Shown in pieces: positions 45,410 through 52,857 of a stretch of DNA of 52,857 nt (position 1 is the stretch's first letter; each line of letters begins with the position of its first letter). Location of the stretch: assembly GCA_904391375.1 (NCBI GenBank), contig CAJFMF010000009.1:1-52857 (forward strand), written 5' to 3'. The notes beneath the pieces are model-generated. The model saw only the letters and a program-made list of their open reading frames with translations. It did not search any database and had not been told where the DNA came from. This DNA comes from Candidatus Gallimonas faecavium. GTDB taxonomy: Bacteria > Bacillota > Clostridia > Christensenellales > Borkfalkiaceae. The position numbers and the translations under genes were made by a program.

Positions 45410-46066
45410 TTATTCGGTTGTCTTGGGACTTTCTTCCGAAGCGTCGCTTCCGCGGAACCATTCGCAAAGGGGCGCGACGGCGCAATGTTCGCAGTCGGGA
45501 CGGCGGGAATGACAGACCCGACGCCCGTGAAAGATGAGCAGATGATGCGCGCGCGACCAGCGCTCTTTGGGAATGACGGCGCACAGTCCCGCTTCCACCT
45601 GTTCGGGCGTCTTGCCGTGAGCAAGCCCCAGGCGGTTTGCGACGCGGAAGACATGCGTATCCACCGCGATGGCGTCGCCGTGGAAGGCGACCGCGTAAAC
45701 GACGTTCGCCGTCTTTCTGCCGACGCCCGCAAGGGTGCGCAGTTCCTCGAGCGCGGAAGGGACTTCCCCCGCATATTTTTCGAGGATATCGCGGGAGGCG
45801 GACAGGATATGCGCCGCCTTGTTGTGATAGAACCCGCAGGAAAAGATATATTTTTCCAGCGCCTCCTGCGACAAAAGAAGCATCGTCTGAGGCGTGTTGT
45901 GCTCGCGAAAGAGCTCCGCCGTCACCCGATTGACGCGCTCGTCCGTACACTGTGCGGACAAAATGACCGCGACGAGCAGTTCATAGGGCGAGCGGAACTT
46001 GAGGGCAGGCGCCGCGTCCGGATACAGTTCCTCTAAAATATCGAGTATCTCTTCACACTTGGACAT
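45410..46066 (-). CDS. nth: Endonuclease III
   Basis: 218 aa. HhH-GPD (LAGVGRKTANVV) and a C-terminal 4Fe-4S cluster Cx6Cx2Cx5C. Confidence 0.95.
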   Translation of the reverse strand: MSKCEEILDILEELYPDAAPALKFRSPYELLVAVILSAQCTDERVNRVTAELFREHNTPQTMLLLSQEALEKYIFSCGFYHNKAAHILSASRDILEKYAGEVPSALEELRTLAGVGRKTANVVYAVAFHGDAIAVDTHVFRVANRLGLAHGKTPEQVEAGLCAVIPKERWSRAHHLLIFHGRRVCHSRRPDCEHCAVAPLCEWFRGSDASEESPKTTE

Positions 46067-46102
46067 ATGTTCATTATAGCATACGGCGTGCGGAAAATCA
46101 AC

Positions 46103-46345
46103 CTAAATGCGCACATACCGCCCGTTCACGCTGCGGAAAAACCCCGCAAACGATGAATACGCCCGTCCCCGCACGAGTGCCGCAACGGTCGGATAGAAGC
46201 GGGCGTCGAAGCGGACGGACAGCCCGCACCCGCAGCTTGCGTCCTTGGGCGTGGAGACCGTCTGCGCCGCGATTCCCCTGCCGCTCACACGGCCGAGCGC
46301 GTCGAGCGCCTGCGTCCGCGAGCGGAAAACCGCAAGAATTGTCAT
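46103..46345 (-). CDS. DUF3343-like small protein (putative S/Se carrier)
   Basis: 80 aa. The size, the VSTPKD..CGCGLSV motif and adjacency to a class-V aminotransferase fit DUF3343. The family call is from memory. Confidence 0.65.
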   Translation of the reverse strand: MTILAVFRSRTQALDALGRVSGRGIAAQTVSTPKDASCGCGLSVRFDARFYPTVAALVRGRAYSSFAGFFRSVNGRYVRI

Positions 46346-46377
46346 GATCGCTCTTCCCCCTTCGTATAATTAAGGAT

Positions 46378-47520
46378 ATGATCTATCTCGATAATGCCGC
46401 GACGGGCGGCGAAAAACCCGCCTGCGTCCAGAACGCCGTGCTGGCCGCCATGAAGGCGTGCGCCAACCCCGGGCGGAGCGGACATGCGCGCTCCGTCGCC
46501 TGCGCGAAACAGGTCTTTGCCTGCCGTACGCTTCTTACGGAGCTCTTCGACGCCCCGAGCGCCGAACGCGTCATCTTCACCAAGAACTGCACCGAGGCGC
46601 TCAATCTCGTCCTGCTCGGGACGCTCAAACGGGGCGACCATGTGGTGACGACCTGTCTCGAACACAACTCCGTCCTGCGGCCGCTTGCTTTTCTGCACCG
46701 GACGCGCGGCGTTACCTATGACGTCGCGCCGCTCACCGACGGACGGCTCCTGCCCGAGACCGTCGCCGCACTTGTCCGCCCGGAGACCGCGATGTGCTGC
46801 GTGACGACCGCCTCCAACGTGACGGGCACGGCGCCCGATCTGTATGCGCTGCGCCGCCTTCTGCCCGCGCGCGTTCTGCTCGTCGCGGACGGAGCGCAGG
46901 GCGCGGGACACCTGCCCGTCTCCATGAACAAGGCGGGCATCGACGCGCTTGCCCTCGCAGGACACAAGGGACTCTTCGCCATTCAGGGCGCGGGCGCGCT
47001 GCTCCTGTCCGAGCGCTGCAACCCCGCGCCCGTGCTCTTCGGCGGAACGGGAAGCGAGAGCTTTCGCCTCGACATGCCCGACTTCTACCCCGACCGCCTC
47101 GAGAGCGGGACGCTCTCCTTTCCTGCAATCTGCTCGCTTGCCGAGGGCGCACTGCTCGTCAAAAGCCGCCGCGCCGAACTGGCACAAAAGCTCCTTGCGC
47201 TCACCTCTGCCTTTCTGGAAGGCCTGCAGGCGCTTCCGATGTATCGCGCCTACTCTGCGCCGAACGCCTGCGGCATTGCGACCTTTGCGCATCGGACGCT
47301 TCCCTCCGAAGAGGTGGCCCAGCGGCTCTCCGATCGGTTCGGAATCGCCGTGCGCGGCGGACTGCACTGCGCGCCCCTCGCGCACCGCGCGCTCGGGACA
47401 TTCCCCGACGGTCTGGTGCGCGCCTCGTTTTCCCCCTTTCAGGGAAAGGAAACGGCGGACGCCCTGCTCGACGCTCTGCGTGTCCTCGCAGACCCTGCCG
47501 ACGACGCTACATCTTCTTGA
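46378..47520 (+). CDS. Class-V aminotransferase / cysteine desulfurase family protein
   Basis: 380 aa. IYLDNAATG, the PLP-lysine region ALAGHKGL, C-terminal RGGLHCAP. Confidence 0.9.
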   Translation: MIYLDNAATGGEKPACVQNAVLAAMKACANPGRSGHARSVACAKQVFACRTLLTELFDAPSAERVIFTKNCTEALNLVLLGTLKRGDHVVTTCLEHNSVLRPLAFLHRTRGVTYDVAPLTDGRLLPETVAALVRPETAMCCVTTASNVTGTAPDLYALRRLLPARVLLVADGAQGAGHLPVSMNKAGIDALALAGHKGLFAIQGAGALLLSERCNPAPVLFGGTGSESFRLDMPDFYPDRLESGTLSFPAICSLAEGALLVKSRRAELAQKLLALTSAFLEGLQALPMYRAYSAPNACGIATFAHRTLPSEEVAQRLSDRFGIAVRGGLHCAPLAHRALGTFPDGLVRASFSPFQGKETADALLDALRVLADPADDATSS

Positions 47521-47776
47521 GCTCCGCGGCAAGCCGCGCCAGCTTCTTGCGCTTCCCCGCGTCCAGCATGGGCGCGATCTGCGCACAGAACGCGTCGATC
47601 TCCGCATCGGGCAACGTCCCCGCACGCCGCGCCTCCGCTGCACGCGCATAGATCGTGCGGACGAGTTCGCCCTCGTTCTTTCCGTCAAACTGCGCGGCAA
47701 GTTTCTGCGCCTCGCGCACCCACTCCTGCGGCACGCCGCCCGAATCGCCTCCCGTATAGCTTGCAAAATCTTTCAT
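47507..47776 (-). CDS. Hypothetical 89-aa protein
   Basis: SD GGAGGTG. Only the C-terminal part of track ORF 47507..48205 looks protein-like. It overlaps the convergent desulfurase gene by 14 nt. Confidence 0.5.
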   Translation of the reverse strand: MKDFASYTGGDSGGVPQEWVREAQKLAAQFDGKNEGELVRTIYARAAEARRAGTLPDAEIDAFCAQIAPMLDAGKRKKLARLAAELKKM

Positions 47777-47839
47777 AGTCACCTCCACTCCCATTGTATG
47801 TGCGGAACACGGCAGATGTCCCCCCGCATACGATAAGAC

Positions 47840-48160
47840 ATGGAACTTCTCCTTTTGCTGGCTTTGCTCTCCGCGCAAAAGGGCGGCAACGCTCAGGCCG
47901 CCCTTCAGGACTTCCTCGCCTTCTACCGCGAAAACCGCGACCTCATCCGCCTCTTTGCGGACGGCCGTCTCTCCTTCGCAGGAACGGACTCTCCTTCCGA
48001 TGCCGCGGCGTCTACTTCCTCCGACAAAGCTCCGCCCGATTCCGCTCCGCCCGAAAAATCCTCCTCCGCGGCGGACGGCGCCGCAGGGTCTGCAAGCGGC
48101 TCCGCCGCCCCCGACCTGCGCATTCTGGAAGAATACCTCAAACGAAACGCGGCGCCCTGA
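47840..48160 (+). CDS. Hypothetical 106-aa protein with a hydrophobic N-terminus and a Ser/Ala/Pro-rich middle
   Basis: The ORF ends inside the loop of a strong terminator. No clear SD. Confidence 0.45.
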   Translation: MELLLLLALLSAQKGGNAQAALQDFLAFYRENRDLIRLFADGRLSFAGTDSPSDAAASTSSDKAPPDSAPPEKSSSAADGAAGSASGSAAPDLRILEEYLKRNAAP

Positions 48161-48176
48161 GGCGCCGCGTTTTTCA
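48145..48176 (+). terminator. Intrinsic terminator (the stop codon lies in the loop)
   Basis: AAACGCGGCGCC-ctga-GGCGCCGCGTTT followed by TTCA. Confidence 0.8.
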
Positions 48177-48385
48177 TGCGATCTGTTTTGTACGGCCTGG
48201 TTCATGCAAGTGCATGGTCAGGCGATTTCATGCGATCTGTCTCTCCGATCGGTCTTTTACGATCTTTTCATTGCGCTCGACGGCGGACGGCACAGTCTCC
48301 GCGCAGCGCTTTGATGCCGCGTCCATGATTGCCTTGCACAAACGAAGAGCGCGCGACGTACAAATGTCGCGCGCGATCGGGCTGT

Positions 48386-50050
48386 TTATGCCTGCGCGCC
48401 GCAGATGGCGGCGACGGCCTGCTGCAGGAAGGAATCCTCCTCGCCGTGCAGGAAAGGTGCCGTAATGCCGACGGCGCCGTCCTCGTCGGTCACGCCGCGG
48501 TCGTGGATGCACTTCCCCTCGGGCCAGTAAATGCGCGCCACGGTGAGCTGGAAGGCGCCGCCGCTCGGAGAACGATAGGTGGACTGCATCACGCCCTTGC
48601 CGTACGTCGAATAGTGTTCCGCGCCTTCCGCACGGCGCAGGTAGAGATCGGAATAGCCGATCGTACCGTAGTCGATGAGGGCGCCGATGAGGCATTCGGA
48701 CGCCGACGCGGAATTTTCGTCCGCGAGCACACTGATGCGCGCGTCGGCGGAGAAGAAGGCGGTGAAATCGTTGCCCGTCGCATAGTAATTTCTGCGGGTT
48801 CCGTCGCGGAACTGGGCATAGGCGACAAGCGGGTTTTCCCCCTGTGCGTTGCGCAGAAGATGGGACGCGATGGACTGCAGATCGGAGAGATACCCGCCTC
48901 CGTTGCCGCGCAGATCGAGAATGAGGTTTGTCCTTCCGCGCGCCTTCATGACGGCAAGGCAGGCGGCGAACTCCGCGGCGCAATTTCCGTCGAAGCTGTC
49001 CAGCCGAAGATAGGCCGTCGTAGCGTCCAGGCCCGCAAGCGGCTCGCGCGTCTCGGTGAGAGAGGCGGTCTCTCCGCGGAACGCATAGGACGTCTCGCTG
49101 TCCCGATAGACGACATACGCCGCCTCGTAGGCCGAGAGCGCAAGCGTATAGGCGGTAGAAGCATCGGCCGCCGCGCCGGGATCGAAAGAGGCATACAGGA
49201 CAAAGTCGCCCTCCTGCGCCTGCATGAAGGCCGTGATCGCGGAACCCGTCCCCGTCAGGACGTCGCCGTCGGGCGTGCCGTATCCGAGCACATACATGCC
49301 CTTCTGCAACCCCGCCTCCTGCGCGGGCGAGTTCTCCACGACCGCCCAGATGCGCACGGAAGTCCCATCCGTGAGAAGCGTAATTCCGACGCCCTCGTTA
49401 TGCCCCTCGCTCTCGGCAAGAATGCGCGCATACTCCTCGGGCGTGTAGTACCTGGAAAAGATGTCGGGCATGGCGGCATCGTAGAGCTCCTCGTACACCG
49501 CATCCATGTCCACATACTGATAGTGCTCTTCCTCTAGCTTGTTGAGCAGCCACTCCAGCTCCCGCAGACGCGGATCGACCGAATAGCGGCTTCCCAGCCA
49601 GCCTGCCGTAAATCCCGCCGCCGCAACGATAAGCGCAAGAATGACGGCAACGATTGCGCGCACGCATTTCTTCCTGCGCGGCGCCTTTACCGCCGCACTC
49701 CCCTGCGCCGCCTCTTCCGCCTCCGACAAACACGCCGCTCGCTCTGCGGATGCGGCACCCGTGTCAGGGCTCTTTGCGGCACCCGTGTCGGAGGCCGACG
49801 GTTTGGCCGCCCCCGTGTCGGGGTCGGAGCCATTCACGGCAGCCGTGTCACGGTCGGAGTCTTTCGCGGCAGCCGTGTCGGAGGCCGACGTGTCGGAAGG
49901 CCCCATGTCGGCAGTCTCATGTTTCTGCGCGGAATCTGCGGCCGCCATGTCCGCATCTGTGCGCAGGGTGTCCGCGGACTGCACGGGGTTTTTCTCGGAC
50001 GCGTCCTCTGCGCCCCCTTCGCGCAGGGACGGGCATTTTTGTCTTCTCAT
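48386..50050 (-). CDS. S41-family C-terminal processing peptidase with a long repetitive N-terminal region
   Basis: 554 aa. ILDLRGNGGGYL and SASASE serine region. A TM helix near residue 140. The N-terminal ~110 aa is a D/T/S/A/G repeat. Confidence 0.88.
   Translation of the reverse strand: MRRQKCPSLREGGAEDASEKNPVQSADTLRTDADMAAADSAQKHETADMGPSDTSASDTAAAKDSDRDTAAVNGSDPDTGAAKPSASDTGAAKSPDTGAASAERAACLSEAEEAAQGSAAVKAPRRKKCVRAIVAVILALIVAAAGFTAGWLGSRYSVDPRLRELEWLLNKLEEEHYQYVDMDAVYEELYDAAMPDIFSRYYTPEEYARILAESEGHNEGVGITLLTDGTSVRIWAVVENSPAQEAGLQKGMYVLGYGTPDGDVLTGTGSAITAFMQAQEGDFVLYASFDPGAAADASTAYTLALSAYEAAYVVYRDSETSYAFRGETASLTETREPLAGLDATTAYLRLDSFDGNCAAEFAACLAVMKARGRTNLILDLRGNGGGYLSDLQSIASHLLRNAQGENPLVAYAQFRDGTRRNYYATGNDFTAFFSADARISVLADENSASASECLIGALIDYGTIGYSDLYLRRAEGAEHYSTYGKGVMQSTYRSPSGGAFQLTVARIYWPEGKCIHDRGVTDEDGAVGITAPFLHGEEDSFLQQAVAAICGAQA
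49750..49915. repeat. Coding low-complexity nucleotide repeat (GC[GC]GCA.CCGTGTC units, with an exact 18-mer duplication)
   Basis: CCGTGTCGGAGGCCGACG occurs at ~49784 and ~49872. This stretch encodes the SDT(A/G)AAK-type repeats of the peptidase N-terminus. Confidence 0.8.
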
Positions 50051-51018
50051 GACTCTCTCCTTTCCTGACGGAGCAGGCGATGCAAGACACTCAGGATGCG
50101 GAACGTGACCGCATCGGAGAACTTGCGGATATTCAGGCCGGTGATGCGCTCGATTTTGTCGAGGCGGTACATGAGCGTGTTGCGGTGCATGAAGAGCGTA
50201 CGGCTCGCCTCGGAGACATTCAGACTGCTCTCCAGAAAGGCCTCCGCCGTTTCGGCGATCTCGGTGTCGTCGAACACCTCGTCCAGATTGCCGATGCGGA
50301 ACTGCATGACGTACTCTTCCAGGCGGCTCTTGGGGACATCCTCGAGCATCTTGACGAGCAGGTATTCGCGGTAGGAATGCACCTCGCCCGCGTCGAGGAA
50401 CAGATTGCTCATGCGCACCGCCGTGACGGCCTGCGAATAGGAATGGGCGATCTCGGAAAAGGCAGCGACTTCACAGCCGATCCCGACGCTGGCGCGAATG
50501 CCGAGTTCCTCATAGAGGGACTGCCAGAGGAACTGCCCGAACTCATAGGCACTCTGTTCGCCGTCCGCGAAACGCACGACGGCAATGCGGGTGCGGTCCA
50601 TCTTCACGGCGAAATCGCCCTCGGCAAGACAGCCGCGGACAAGCTCGCAGGCCTCGGGAAGGTGCTTGTCCGGCACGATGTCGAGCGCAAAGCAGGTACC
50701 CTCCTTCACGGCGTATTTGGTGGCGAAGCGAAAGGCATACCATGCCCCGCCCTCGCCGAGGAGCACGGCTTTCAAATGCTCCTCGCGGTCGGGAAGCAGG
50801 GCGTGGACGTCCGCGTTCTCGACAAGGTACTCCAGAAGCCGCGCCGTGCGTTCCGCCTCGCGGCCCGTGCCGTCGATGTAGCCCTCGAACACGGCATCGC
50901 CGCAGGCAAGGGAGACCGCGGTCTCCTCTCCCGTCCCGGGCGAAAGGCGCACGCGGACGCCCGTCTTTTCCCCGATGTCCTTGAGAATCTTCTTCAGCTG
51001 TGCCTGCGCATTTGCCAT
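50047..51018 (-). CDS. PucR/CdaR-family transcriptional regulator
   Basis: 323 aa from MANAQAQLKK. C-terminal HTH (EASRTLFMHRNTLMYRLDKIERITG). ATGA overlap with the S41 peptidase gene. Confidence 0.8.
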   Translation of the reverse strand: MANAQAQLKKILKDIGEKTGVRVRLSPGTGEETAVSLACGDAVFEGYIDGTGREAERTARLLEYLVENADVHALLPDREEHLKAVLLGEGGAWYAFRFATKYAVKEGTCFALDIVPDKHLPEACELVRGCLAEGDFAVKMDRTRIAVVRFADGEQSAYEFGQFLWQSLYEELGIRASVGIGCEVAAFSEIAHSYSQAVTAVRMSNLFLDAGEVHSYREYLLVKMLEDVPKSRLEEYVMQFRIGNLDEVFDDTEIAETAEAFLESSLNVSEASRTLFMHRNTLMYRLDKIERITGLNIRKFSDAVTFRILSVLHRLLRQERRES

Positions 51019-51052
51019 TTTTTCTTCGCCCCTTGTCTTGTTTTCGCGTATA

Positions 51053-51081
51053 ATTATACCATTTTTTGGAAAAAATATCAA
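51053..51081 (-). promoter_or_regulatory. Sigma-A promoter for the PucR-S41 operon
   Basis: Minus strand: TTGATA-N17-TATAAT with an upstream TGG. Confidence 0.6.
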
Positions 51082-51219
51082 GAGTTTTTCCGATTTCGGC
51101 ACTACCCATGTCCGATTTTCGGGAAAATTTCACGCCGCAGACACCGTACGGGAGCGCCACCATGTCCGCAGGATCGGACATGGACGGTACAGAAATTTGC
51201 GATTTTTTCGGCAAGAGCA

Positions 51220-51248
51220 TTGACACCGCCCCCCGTGCATGCTATAAT
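51220..51248 (+). promoter_or_regulatory. Consensus sigma-A promoter for the 51307 gene
   Basis: TTGACA-N17-TATAAT. Confidence 0.7.
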
Positions 51249-51306
51249 ATGGACAATCATGGGGGCATGTCCGTCCCCATAATTTTGAACGGAGTGTTGA
51301 TACAGC

Positions 51307-52857
51307 ATGAGCCAATTTCCGCAACTCATCATCGATGAACAGGCAAATGCGGGCATGGGTACCCCCGACACGGCAGAGCGCAAACCTGCCGCGGGCGGAT
51401 ACCGCCTGATTGCCGTCATCGCCTTCCTGCTCGCTGTCGGCGGGCTGTTTCTCGGCTTGCTGAGTGCCTATACGGGCATTTTCCAACCCAACTTCACGGG
51501 AAACGATCTTCTCAAAAATTCCCTCTTCGGATTCGTCTATTCCTATTTCCGCGAAATCGCCGCTGGCGCAGGCGCCTTCTTCCGCACGCTGTTTACGGGC
51601 GGAGAGCTTTCGGACATCCTCACCCTCGTCCTCGTCGCCCTCCTGTGCGTCGCAGTCGTGCTCTCGCTCATCCTGATGCTCGTGTCCTTCTTCACGGCAA
51701 AGGGCGCCAAGAACTGCGCCATGCTCTCCTCCGTTCTCGTCTTTCTCGCCTATGCCGGGTTCTTCCTCCTCTCCTATTACGAACTCGCCGTGGAGCGCGG
51801 GGATTTCAGCGGCGCCATGATCGACCTCTCGACGGGCGTCATCGCAGGAGGCATGCTCATCGCGCTCATCGTCTCCGCCTTCGCCCGCAGAAAGGGCACG
51901 GGCGTGCTCAACCTCATCTCCCTGCTCCTGCTCGCCGCCGCCGTGTTCGGGCTCACCTACCCCGGCGCCGCCACGCTCTCCGCCGACGTCAACTACACCC
52001 GCCTCGGCGAGAATCTCTTCGTCAACCTGACGGCCTTTGTCCTCGCGATCGTCGTCATCCTCAATTTCGTCATTTCCGCCGTGCGCCTCAACGCGCGCAA
52101 GGCGTATCTCTTCGATGCGATCCGCTTCGGCATTCTCTTTGCCGCCGTGCTCGTCGCCATCATCGCACAGATCGCGGACAAGTCCTCGGAGGTCATGTTC
52201 AACAGCGACAACCTCCTGCCCGTGATCCTCGCCCTCGCCGCCTCCCTGGCCGCCTTCCTGCTCTCTCTCATCATCACGATCTCGAAGGTCCCCGCCAAGC
52301 AGGCACGCAACGACGAGGCCGCAAGCGCCAAAGCGGGCGAACGCTACGTCCTTACGCAGCCCACCGATCCCGCCCGCCCCGCACAGCCCGCCGAGCCCGC
52401 TCCGGCCGCCTCCGCAGAGGCCGCGCGACAGACCGTCACGACGCCCGCCGCAGGGACGACCGTCATCGTACAGCAGCCCGCCGCACAGCAGCCCGCGACG
52501 CCCATCTACGCCGTCCCCTTCTTTGCGGCACCCATGACGCCGCCCGTTCAGCCCCAGCAGCCTGCCTCGGCAGCGCCCGCGGCGCCCGAGCCCGCACCCG
52601 TTGAAGAGAAGAAGGCAGCGCCCGCAGACGATTCGCCCATGAGCGAATTCGAGCGCAGCATGGCGGCCCTCGCCCGCGGCATTGCACCCGAGCCCGCTCC
52701 CGCCGCACAGCAGGCAAACGGCGCCGCCTATCCCTACTACCATGCGCCCGCCGCACAGCAGCCCGCGCCGCCCGCACCCGCCTATGTGTCGGCGCCCGCA
52801 ACGCCCTATGCCTCTCCCGCATACGCACAGCCTGCGGCAAAGGTCGTCTATGACCCG
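51307..52857 (+). CDS. Polytopic membrane protein with a Pro/Ala/Gln-rich C-terminal tail (3' end outside the window)
   Basis: It is not in the ORF track because no stop is reached. I translated it by hand from ATG 51307, and it stays in frame for 517 codons to the window end. About 8 TM helices, then PAQQ/PAP repeats. Confidence 0.65.
   Translation, partial: MSQFPQLIIDEQANAGMGTPDTAERKPAAGGYRLIAVIAFLLAVGGLFLGLLSAYTGIFQPNFTGNDLLKNSLFGFVYSYFREIAAGAGAFFRTLFTGGELSDILTLVLVALLCVAVVLSLILMLVSFFTAKGAKNCAMLSSVLVFLAYAGFFLLSYYELAVERGDFSGAMIDLSTGVIAGGMLIALIVSAFARRKGTGVLNLISLLLLAAAVFGLTYPGAATLSADVNYTRLGENLFVNLTAFVLAIVVILNFVISAVRLNARKAYLFDAIRFGILFAAVLVAIIAQIADKSSEVMFNSDNLLPVILALAASLAAFLLSLIITISKVPAKQARNDEAASAKAGERYVLTQPTDPARPAQPAEPAPAASAEAARQTVTTPAAGTTVIVQQPAAQQPATPIYAVPFFAAPMTPPVQPQQPASAAPAAPEPAPVEEKKAAPADDSPMSEFERSMAALARGIAPEPAPAAQQANGAAYPYYHAPAAQQPAPPAPAYVSAPATPYASPAYAQPAAKVVYDP

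Noticed and set aside
44887-45774. Track ORFs 44887-45774(-), 45171-45950(-) and 47507-48205(-) as single 230-295-aa proteins.
   Set aside because: Only their C-terminal 64-95 aa look protein-like and carry an SD plus ATG. The N-terminal parts overlap nth, or neighbouring genes, in another frame and are Arg/Pro-rich.

Overview
This is a GC-rich Firmicutes/Clostridia-type chromosomal segment. The taxonomic call rests on McsA-McsB-ClpC, TrmFO, HslVU, DprA/ComM, Coat-F-like and LuxS genes, and the window contains dnaA. I call about 48 protein-coding genes. I saw no rRNA, tRNA, CRISPR array, transposase, integrase or recognisable defence genes. The left 21 kb carries 17 consecutive minus-strand genes (glyA, a vWA lipoprotein, an ECF sigma/anti-sigma pair, trxA, hisS, hslUV, trmFO, topA, dprA, comM, a GT39-like protein, rplS, VanW, PHP, recF). 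These run up to a 130-bp gap, after which dnaA and mnmG run on the plus strand. Right of that, orientation is mixed: mtnN-luxS-ung, an XRE-headed mcsA-mcsB-clpC operon, GH42, rubrerythrin, argS, ychF, a small spore-coat-like cluster, nth, a cysteine desulfurase and a PucR-S41 peptidase pair. AT-rich near-consensus sigma-A promoters (TTGACA-N17-TATAAT class) and GC-hairpin terminators stand out against the GC-rich background and delimit the transcription units. Most of the window is ordinary housekeeping. The main follow-up candidates are listed here.
1. A ~0.67-kb ORF-poor island (36121-36793) has its own consensus promoter, stacked hairpins, a tandem 27-nt repeat and a plus-oriented terminator. 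It is a candidate orphan structured ncRNA, transcribed divergently from a leaderless membrane-anchored XRE regulator.
2. That XRE regulator plus a 4-TM protein sit where CtsR normally heads mcsA-mcsB-clpC.
3. The dnaA neighbourhood is non-canonical: recF is divergent, dnaN is absent, mnmG follows dnaA, and I found no obvious DnaA-box cluster.
4. A 0.5-kb repeat-bearing intergenic region lies upstream of a Cys-cluster/acidic hypothetical protein.
5. A promoter-leader-terminator unit upstream of a DUF2798-like membrane protein could be a riboswitch or attenuator.
6. A two-micro-ORF unit has its own consensus promoter.
All functional calls come from reading the translated ORFs and the sequence by eye. 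No database search was run.
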